Below, in pieces: positions 26,860 to 33,627 of a stretch of DNA of 33,627 bases. The position numbers were made by a program, and so were the translations under genes. The notes under the pieces were generated by a model. The model saw only the letters and a program-made list of their open reading frames with translations, made no database searches and was not told the DNA's origin. The number at the start of each line of letters is the position of its first letter. Position 1 is the first letter of the stretch. Location of the stretch: assembly GCA_015233495.1 (NCBI GenBank), contig JADFXQ010000019.1:1-33627 (forward strand), read 5' to 3'. This DNA is from Candidatus Omnitrophota bacterium (GTDB lineage Bacteria; Omnitrophota; Gorgyraeia; Zapsychrales; Zapsychraceae).

Positions 26860-27924
26860 ATGAATCTGCCATTAGATAAATTGCAAAAATCAGAGGAACG
26901 GTTTGCGGAATTAGAAGGGCTTTTAGCCGATCCGGCGGTTATCGGGGATCAGAGCCTTTATCAAAAAAGCGCTAAAGAATACGCAGACTTGACGTCATTG
27001 GTAACCGTGTTTCGCGAATATAAAGCCGTGTCCGGACAGATTCGGGAAATGGATGCTCTTTTGGCGGAGAAACACGATCCGGATTTTGGGCTATTAGCCC
27101 AAGAGGAAAAAGTTTTGCTGGCGGCGAAAACCGCCGCTTTGGCGAATCAATTAAACGGCATTCTCAACCCGCCCAAAGCGGAAAGCGACCGCGCTGTTAT
27201 TTTTGAAATCCGGGCCGGAACCGGCGGTCAGGAAGCGAGTCTTTTCGCGGCAGACCTTTACCGGATGTATACCAAATACGCCGATCAAAAAAAATGGGAA
27301 GTGGAAGTGATGAATTCCCATGAGTCAGAAACCGGCGGGTTTAAAGAAATTATTTTTAGCATTAAAGGCAAGGGTGTGGTAGATCGGCTCAAGTGGGAAA
27401 GCGGCGCCCATCGGGTCCAGCGTGTTCCGGCTACGGAGGCATCGGGCAGGATCCACACCTCCGCGGCTACCGTCGCGGTCATGCCGGAACCGGAAGAAGT
27501 CGATGTGGTAATCAATCCTCAGGATTTAAAAATCGATGTATACCGTTCGTCCGGCCCGGGGGGCCAAAGTGTCAACACCACGGATTCCGCGGTGCGCATC
27601 ACGCATCTTCCTTCGGGCGTCATTGTCACGTGTCAGGACGAACGTTCGCAATTGAAAAACCGAATGAAGGCCATGCGGGTTTTACGCGCGCGTCTGATGG
27701 ATAAAATTCAGCAAGATCGTTTTGAAAAAGAGACCCGGGACCGCCGATTGAAAATCGGTTCCGGAGACCGCAGCGAAAAGATTCGCACTTACAATTGGCC
27801 CGACCGACGGGTAACGGACCATCGGGTGGGCTTCACCTCGCATCAGTTGGAAGCGATGATGAACGGTGATTTGGACGAATTAACCACCGCGCTTATGAAA
27901 GCGGATGAGGAAGATCAACAATGA
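26860..27924 (+). CDS. prfA: Peptide chain release factor 1
   Basis: EIRAGTGG.EA.LFA, RVQRVPAT (PxT RF1 motif), GPGGQ, RSEKIRTYN. Start ATG 26860 or GTG 26851. Confidence 0.98.
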   Translation: MNLPLDKLQKSEERFAELEGLLADPAVIGDQSLYQKSAKEYADLTSLVTVFREYKAVSGQIREMDALLAEKHDPDFGLLAQEEKVLLAAKTAALANQLNGILNPPKAESDRAVIFEIRAGTGGQEASLFAADLYRMYTKYADQKKWEVEVMNSHESETGGFKEIIFSIKGKGVVDRLKWESGAHRVQRVPATEASGRIHTSAATVAVMPEPEEVDVVINPQDLKIDVYRSSGPGGQSVNTTDSAVRITHLPSGVIVTCQDERSQLKNRMKAMRVLRARLMDKIQQDRFEKETRDRRLKIGSGDRSEKIRTYNWPDRRVTDHRVGFTSHQLEAMMNGDLDELTTALMKADEEDQQ

Positions 27925-28721
27925 CGGAAACAGAGTTGATGTTGACGTCGCTTTTGAACTGCCGCCGCTTGGATTTATACCGGGATTCCCTTTCGCTGAC
28001 CCCGTCCCAAGCACAAACTTTGAAAGCCATGCGTTCCCGCCGCGCCGCGGGTGAACCCTTGCAATATATTCTGGGAGAAACGGATTTCATGGGTTATCCC
28101 ATCCGCGTTAATTCCGCAGTATTGATTCCTCGGCCCGAGACGGAAATATTAGTCACGCAAACACAACAAGCGATGCAGAAAATTTTTCCATTGGATGATA
28201 CTATGCATATAATAGATGTAGGAACAGGTTCGGGTTGTATCGCTATAGCTTTGGCAAAGCTCATTCCCAGCTGTCGAATCACCGCCATTGATGTTTCATT
28301 GGAAGCTTTGGCTTGTGCCCGGGAGAATGCGTTGCTTAATGCGGTTGAGCGGCAGATTAATTTTCAGGAAATGGACATGGATATTTTTTTTAATCAAAGT
28401 CACGCGGTTGCAAAAACGTTTCAGGTGATTATTGCTAACCCGCCGTACATTCCAACTGCGAAAATTGCCGATCTTCCCGCTGAGGTGCGGCAGGAACCAT
28501 GGGCCGCCTTAGATGGCGGCATCGACGGGATAAGATTTTATCGTGCCCTTTTGGCTGGAGCGAGGCTGCGCTTGACTTCTCCCGGTCTTTTAGCTTTGGA
28601 GTTCGGCGACGGCCAAGAACGTCAGATCGCGGATTTAGTTTCGGAAAACGGACATTATAAAAATTGCCAATTTTTGCTTGATTATACTCAGACACCACGA
28701 GTAGCATTGATATATCGATAG
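27921..28721 (+). CDS. prmC: Release factor glutamine methyltransferase
   Basis: GEPLQYILG, VLIPRPETE, DVGTGSG, NPPY, EP..ALDGG.DG; overlaps the prfA stop. Confidence 0.96.
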   Translation: MTETELMLTSLLNCRRLDLYRDSLSLTPSQAQTLKAMRSRRAAGEPLQYILGETDFMGYPIRVNSAVLIPRPETEILVTQTQQAMQKIFPLDDTMHIIDVGTGSGCIAIALAKLIPSCRITAIDVSLEALACARENALLNAVERQINFQEMDMDIFFNQSHAVAKTFQVIIANPPYIPTAKIADLPAEVRQEPWAALDGGIDGIRFYRALLAGARLRLTSPGLLALEFGDGQERQIADLVSENGHYKNCQFLLDYTQTPRVALIYR

Positions 28722-28778
28722 CTCGGCCAGCGGGAGTGCGGCGGGCGGCAGTTCTGTACAACAATTAAAGGATCAATT

Positions 28779-30044
28779 ATGGATAAATTGGTTATTGAAG
28801 GCGGGAAACCGCTCAAAGGGGAAGTGTTGGTAAGTGGTTCGAAAAATGCGTCTTTGCCAATTATGGCGGCAACGTTGTTAACCGATGAACCCTGCGTGAT
28901 TCATAATGTGCCGCGTTTGCGGGACACCTTGACGATGATCAAATTATTGAAATCCTTAGGAAAAGTAGTTGAATTTGAAAATAACACGTTAAAAATCACG
29001 GCCGGGAAAAAAGCGAGTTATATCGCGGATTATCATTTGGTTTCGACCATGCGCGGCTCATTTTGCGTGTTGGGTCCTTTATTGGCTAAATTGGGGAAAG
29101 CGAAAGTGTCTTTGCCCGGCGGATGCGTGATCGGCGTGCGACCGGTGGATTTGCATTTAAAAGGGATCACTCGGTTAGGGGCGACTTTGGATATCGACTC
29201 CGGGTATATCTTCGCCAAAGCGAAAAAATTGCGCGGCGCGCATGTTTATTTGGGCGGTGGTTTTGGCTCTTCGGTTTTAGCGACCGCTAACGTGATGATG
29301 GCCGCGGTTTTGGCTGAAGGAGAAACCATTATTGAAGCCGCGGCGTGTGAACCGGAGATCGAGGATTTGGCTAATATGCTGGTGTTGATGGGCGCGAAGA
29401 TCAAAGGGCAGGGCGGACCGCGCATCGTGATCAATGGCGTGCATCGTTTAAAAGGGGTCAACAATTACCGCATCATTCCCGACCGGATCGAAGCCGGGAC
29501 TTATATTTTATTAGCCGCAGTCACGCGGAGTCCGATCTTGATTAAAAATGCCGATCTCTCGCATTTGATCGTTTTATTGGATATTTTGGAACAAGCCGGC
29601 ATTACGGTCACGGAAAAAGACGGCGTGATCCGCGTTAAAACTGGAAAAATTTTTAAGCCGGTGAGTGTAACCACCTACCCCTATCCGGGATTTCCGACGG
29701 ATTTACAGGCTCAATATTTAACCCTCATGTCTTTGGCCGACGGGGTGAGTGTGGTTACGGAACGGGTTTATCCGGACCGGTTTATCCATATCGCGGAAAT
29801 GAACCGCATGGGGGCGAACATCCGTAGGGAAGGGACGAACGCCATTGTCCAGGGCGTCAAAGAACTGCGCGGCGCGCCGGTCATGGCTTCGGATTTGCGC
29901 GCTTCCGCGGCCTTGGTGTTGGCCGGCTTGGCGGCGCGGGGACGCACGGAAATTCACCGGATGTATCATCTGGACCGGGGGTATGAAAATTTAGACGAGA
30001 AATTGGCCGGGTTAGGCGCGGTGGTTTACCGGGAGAAAGAATAA
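28779..30044 (+). CDS. murA: UDP-N-acetylglucosamine 1-carboxyvinyltransferase
   Basis: SGSKNA, LPGGC.IG.RPVDLH (catalytic Cys present), PDRIEAGT, PGFPTDLQ, DLRASA, HLDRGYE. Confidence 0.98.
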   Translation: MDKLVIEGGKPLKGEVLVSGSKNASLPIMAATLLTDEPCVIHNVPRLRDTLTMIKLLKSLGKVVEFENNTLKITAGKKASYIADYHLVSTMRGSFCVLGPLLAKLGKAKVSLPGGCVIGVRPVDLHLKGITRLGATLDIDSGYIFAKAKKLRGAHVYLGGGFGSSVLATANVMMAAVLAEGETIIEAAACEPEIEDLANMLVLMGAKIKGQGGPRIVINGVHRLKGVNNYRIIPDRIEAGTYILLAAVTRSPILIKNADLSHLIVLLDILEQAGITVTEKDGVIRVKTGKIFKPVSVTTYPYPGFPTDLQAQYLTLMSLADGVSVVTERVYPDRFIHIAEMNRMGANIRREGTNAIVQGVKELRGAPVMASDLRASAALVLAGLAARGRTEIHRMYHLDRGYENLDEKLAGLGAVVYREKE

Positions 30045-30611
30045 ATGGTTCTGATGATCGACAATTATGATTCCTTTACTTATAACTTAGTCCAATATTT
30101 GGCGGAGTTAGGCGCGGCAACGCGCGTTTACCGCAATGATGCCTTGCCTGTCGACGAAATAGCGGCATTGGCGCCGCAGGGAATTGTGATTTCTCCGGGG
30201 CCGGGGACCCCGAAAACCGCGGGGATTTCGGTGGAAGTGATTCGCCGCTTCGCGGGGAAGATTCCTATTCTCGGGGTTTGCTTAGGTCATCAGAGCATTG
30301 GCGCGGCCTACGGCGGCAACATCATTCGCGCTCAGCAATTGATGCACGGGAAAACCTCTTCCATTTCGCATGACGGAAAAGAAATATTTGCCGGCGTCGC
30401 CAATCCGTTTGACGCGACGCGGTATCATTCTTTAGTCATTGAGCGGCCGACTTTGCCGGATTGTTTAAAGATCACGGCGACTACCGCAGATGAAGAAATC
30501 ATGGCGGTTCGGCATAAAACGCTTCCGGTCTGGGGCGTGCAGTTTCACCCGGAGTCGATTCTCACGACCGAAGGGAAAAAAATTCTAGCCAATTTTTTGC
30601 GGTTAATTTGA
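30045..30611 (+). CDS. trpG: Anthranilate/aminodeoxychorismate synthase component II (glutamine amidotransferase)
   Basis: [34 protein letters not shown]; upstream of trpD. Confidence 0.93.
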   Translation: MVLMIDNYDSFTYNLVQYLAELGAATRVYRNDALPVDEIAALAPQGIVISPGPGTPKTAGISVEVIRRFAGKIPILGVCLGHQSIGAAYGGNIIRAQQLMHGKTSSISHDGKEIFAGVANPFDATRYHSLVIERPTLPDCLKITATTADEEIMAVRHKTLPVWGVQFHPESILTTEGKKILANFLRLI

Positions 30612-30633
30612 CAGCGCTGGTGACGGAAAGGCG

Positions 30634-31677
30634 ATGCTTATGCTCGAGATTATTCAAAAATTAAACAAATACGAAAATTTATCTCCGGATGAGATCCAAG
30701 CCGCTTTTCGCCTCATCATGAATGGCACAGCCGGGGAAGCTAATGTCAAAGCGTTTTTGCTTGCTTTAAGGGCGAAAGGCGCGACCGTAGAAGAGATTAC
30801 GGGCGCGGCCACAGTGATGCGGCAATTCGCTTTGCCGGTGGCGTCGCATCAACCGGTGATCTTGGATACTTGCGGCACCGGCGGGGATCGGTGTCACACT
30901 TTTAATATATCAACGCTCAGCGCGTTTGTGATCGCCGGGGTGGGGGTTGCGGTCGCGAAACACGGCAACCGTTCCGCGTCCAGCCGTTGCGGCAGCGCGG
31001 ACGTTCTGGAAGCTTTGGGCGTCAGCCTGTTGGTAGAAGAAAAAAATGCCGGGTTATGCTTAGACGATGTGGGGATTGTGTTTTTGTTTGCGCCGGCGTT
31101 TCATCCCGCGATGAAAAATGTGGCCACGATTCGAAAACAAATCGGACATGACACGATTTTTAATCTTTTAGGGCCGTTGACCAATCCGGCGGAGGCCACG
31201 CATCAGATCGTCGGGGTTTACCATCGGGACTTAGTCGCGCCGGTAGCGACGGTTTTAAAAAATCTCGGGTTGCAACGGGCGATGGTTGTGCACGGCAATG
31301 ACGGTTTAGACGAAATCACCACCACGGAGCAGACCTTTATCAGTGAATTCAATGGCGCCGACATTGTTTCTTATGATATCACTCCGGAAGAGTTGGGTTT
31401 TAAACGGGCGAAGCCCTTAGATTTGACTGGCGGGGATTTGAAAGAAAATATTCGTATTTTTGAAAGCGTTTTGGATGGCGAGCGTGGACCCAAACGGGAT
31501 ATTGTGGTTATCAACGCGGCTTACGGTTTGTATCTATGCGGCCGGGCCAAGACGGTTGCGGAAGGCGTAGAATTGGCCAAAGAATCGTTGGACACCGGGA
31601 AAGCCAGACAAAAATTGGAAACCCTTAAAGAGTTTTCTCGGCGGATCGAGGAAGTTAATCGGGGACGCAAGGCATGA
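30634..31677 (+). CDS. trpD: Anthranilate phosphoribosyltransferase
   Basis: DTCGTGGD, FNIST, KHGNR..SS..GSADVLE, FNLLGPL.NP, DGLDE. Confidence 0.97.
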   Translation: MLMLEIIQKLNKYENLSPDEIQAAFRLIMNGTAGEANVKAFLLALRAKGATVEEITGAATVMRQFALPVASHQPVILDTCGTGGDRCHTFNISTLSAFVIAGVGVAVAKHGNRSASSRCGSADVLEALGVSLLVEEKNAGLCLDDVGIVFLFAPAFHPAMKNVATIRKQIGHDTIFNLLGPLTNPAEATHQIVGVYHRDLVAPVATVLKNLGLQRAMVVHGNDGLDEITTTEQTFISEFNGADIVSYDITPEELGFKRAKPLDLTGGDLKENIRIFESVLDGERGPKRDIVVINAAYGLYLCGRAKTVAEGVELAKESLDTGKARQKLETLKEFSRRIEEVNRGRKA

Positions 31678-32468
31678 GCCGGATTTTTCTCGATGAAATT
31701 GTGGCGCAAAAACGCGCCCGCATTGCTTCCCGCAAAACATATTACGCGTCGTTATGCCGAAAATTCGATCAACTGCCGCGCGCCTCGCTGGTCCGCTACC
31801 GGGTTTTTCAAAAAGCCTTGACTGCGCCGGGCAAGACGAACATTATCGCGGAAGTAAAAAAGGCTTCGCCTTCGAAAGGTTTGATTCGTCCGGATTTTGA
31901 TCCCGTGCAAATCGCGCGGGTTTATGAAACACACGGCGCCGCGGCAATCTCCGTTTTAACCGAAGAAAAATATTTTTTGGGAAGCGCTGCGCATCTTAAA
32001 AAAATCGCGGATAACGTTCATATTCCTGTATTGGCCAAAGATTTTTTTATCGACGAAACGCAGATCCGGGAAGCGGCGTTTAACGGAGCTTCCGCGGTTC
32101 TGCTGATCGCGGCAATTTTGACCGATAACCAGATGCGGCTTTTTTTGGATTTGGCCGCACAGCTCGATTTGGACACGCTGGTTGAGGTCCATGATCGTCT
32201 GGAATTACAGCGGGCCATGGATTGCGGGGCGGACATCATCGGGATCAATAACCGCGATTTACGTACTTTCGCGGTGGATTTGAAGATTGCCGCGGATTTG
32301 ATCCCCCGCGCAGCGGCGGGCATAACCATTGTTGTGGAAAGCGGATTATCCACAACCCAAGAAATAAAACAATTTCAATCGCTGGGAGCGTCCGCTTTTT
32401 TAATCGGCGAGAGCCTGTTACGCGAGCCGGACATGGGGAGAAAATTAAATGAATTGTGCCAGAGTTAA
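31674..32468 (+). CDS. trpC: Indole-3-glycerol phosphate synthase
   Basis: IAEVKKASPSKG, AISVLTE..YF.G, KDF, LVEVH, GINNRDL, ESG, LIGE.L. Confidence 0.97.
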   Translation: MSRIFLDEIVAQKRARIASRKTYYASLCRKFDQLPRASLVRYRVFQKALTAPGKTNIIAEVKKASPSKGLIRPDFDPVQIARVYETHGAAAISVLTEEKYFLGSAAHLKKIADNVHIPVLAKDFFIDETQIREAAFNGASAVLLIAAILTDNQMRLFLDLAAQLDLDTLVEVHDRLELQRAMDCGADIIGINNRDLRTFAVDLKIAADLIPRAAAGITIVVESGLSTTQEIKQFQSLGASAFLIGESLLREPDMGRKLNELCQS

Positions 32469-33096
32469 AATTAAAATTTGCGGGTTAACGAATATCGATG
32501 ACGCGGCGAAATCGGTTTATTACGGCGCCACGGCCTTAGGATTTAATTTTTATAAAAAGAGTCCGCGTTATGTTTCGCCGAGCAAAGTCCGCCGGATCGT
32601 TGAAGCTTTGCCTCCGTTGGTGACGCCCGTAGGAATATTCGTCAATCAGAAAGAACGGGCGATCCGGGAGATTCTAAAATTTACCCGGATTGCTACGGTC
32701 CAGTTTCACGGCGAAGAAGATCAGGTTTTTTGCAAGCGTTTCTCCGACGTCAAAGTTATCAAGGCCTTCCGGGTGGGGCCGGGTTTTGATCCCGAAAGCG
32801 TAAAAAAATTTAAAGTGGACGCCTATTTATTCGATACCTTCCAAGCCGATCAGATCGGCGGGACAGGAAAAACTTTCAGTTGGGAGGTTATCAGCGCGGT
32901 CAAATGGGATCGTCCGGTTATTTTATCCGGCGGCTTGAATCACGAAAACGTTTTTCAGGCGGTTGCCGCGGTCAAACCTTACGCGGTTGATGTTGCCAGC
33001 GGTGTTGAAAAAATGCCGGGGATAAAAAATCACCGGATGATTCAAGCTTTTTGTGAAGCGGTTCATTTTTTATCGGAAAAACAGCCCGGGAATTGA
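32449..33096 (+). CDS. trpF: Phosphoribosylanthranilate isomerase
   Basis: KICGLT, GF.FY.KSPRYV, QFHGEE, GGTG..F.W, GGL, DVASGVE..PG.K. Confidence 0.97.
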   Translation: MNCARVKIKICGLTNIDDAAKSVYYGATALGFNFYKKSPRYVSPSKVRRIVEALPPLVTPVGIFVNQKERAIREILKFTRIATVQFHGEEDQVFCKRFSDVKVIKAFRVGPGFDPESVKKFKVDAYLFDTFQADQIGGTGKTFSWEVISAVKWDRPVILSGGLNHENVFQAVAAVKPYAVDVASGVEKMPGIKNHRMIQAFCEAVHFLSEKQPGN

Positions 33097-33119
33097 CGGT
33101 TTTTTTCGCAAGGAGCGCT

Positions 33120-33485
33120 ATGGAAAAGGATCGGCGTAGTGAACCGCGTTATAAAGTGCCGCTGATGATTCATTTTCGTCCTATTCTAATGGATGGAAAA
33201 AAAGGAACGTGGGATTTGGCGCCCGCCTTGAATATCAGCAAATCGGGGATTTGTTTTCATAGCACGCGTTTTTTCGAATTGGGCGTGATTTTAGAAACCA
33301 AAATTGTTAGTCCCCTTTTGGCCAAGCCAACCATTTATATTTGCCGCGTGCATCGCGCCGTCCCGATAGCGCCGGAATCGCTAATTTATCAAATTGCTAT
33401 TTTTGTGCGCGCCGGGGATGAAAAGGCGCTCAAAGAGTATCATGATTTGATCGCCTGGTATGATCAGGCGCAAAAACTTCGTTAA
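33120..33485 (+). CDS. Stand-alone PilZ-domain protein (c-di-GMP receptor-like)
   Basis: DRRSEPR (RxxxR) and NISKSG (D/NxSxxG). Start ATG 33120 after AGGAG. Confidence 0.85.
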   Translation: MEKDRRSEPRYKVPLMIHFRPILMDGKKGTWDLAPALNISKSGICFHSTRFFELGVILETKIVSPLLAKPTIYICRVHRAVPIAPESLIYQIAIFVRAGDEKALKEYHDLIAWYDQAQKLR

Positions 33486-33501
33486 CTTCGTTAACTTCGT
33501 T
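33475..33501 (+). repeat. 9-bp tandem repeat x3 (AACTTCGTT)
   Basis: Three exact copies spanning the PilZ stop codon. Confidence 0.85.
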
Positions 33502-33583
33502 CAGCAATGAAGAACCGTAATTCTTCGCGCTCATAAGGCGGAGTGCAACCAGCTTTAAACCGACGATTTACAAACGATTTGAT

Positions 33584-33625
33584 GAAGGCGCGAAAAAGAT
33601 CAAAAAAATCTTTTTTCGCGCCTTC
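33584..33625. terminator. Long hairpin, possible intrinsic terminator
   Basis: GAAGGCGCGAAAAAGAT / ATCTTTTTTCGCGCCTTC, 17-bp stem with one bulge. The window ends 2 nt later, so a U-tract cannot be checked. Confidence 0.55.
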
Positions 33626-33627
33626 TC

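Overview
A 33.6 kb bacterial core-genome segment with roughly balanced GC by eye. All supported genes lie on the + strand: rseP(3' end), a CpaF/TadA ATPase, proS, rimP, nusA, infB, trpS, scpA, ruvB, DUF2905-like, SpoIID/LytB, queA, tgt, a Phd-like antitoxin/VapC toxin pair, trmD, rplS, rnhB, YraN, a cyclohydrolase (FchA-like), folD, a degenerate flavoprotein, a TPR protein, polA, glgA, coaE, rho, rpmE, prfA, prmC, murA, trpG, trpD, trpC, trpF and a PilZ protein. The mix of polA..coaE-rho, an orphan TadA, a stand-alone PilZ and an exported TPR protein suggests a PVC-superphylum organism such as Omnitrophota; this is inference and was not checked. I found no rRNA, tRNA, CRISPR array or transposase. 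The most notable signals are small. (i) A GACACAR heptamer tandem repeat family occurs at two loci: as an inverted pair between infB and trpS, and as an 8-unit array translated as a TrmD C-terminal extension. (ii) A GC-rich palindromic 57-nt segment appears to be inserted in frame in the SpoIID gene. (iii) There are three GTAG-type REP-like loci. (iv) FolD has both cyclohydrolase catalytic residues substituted and sits next to a stand-alone cyclohydrolase gene. (v) The flavoprotein has lost its NAD(P)H-binding motif. (vi) An attenuator-like set of alternative hairpins lies at the window end. Gene calls come from recognised motifs and synteny, not from database searches.
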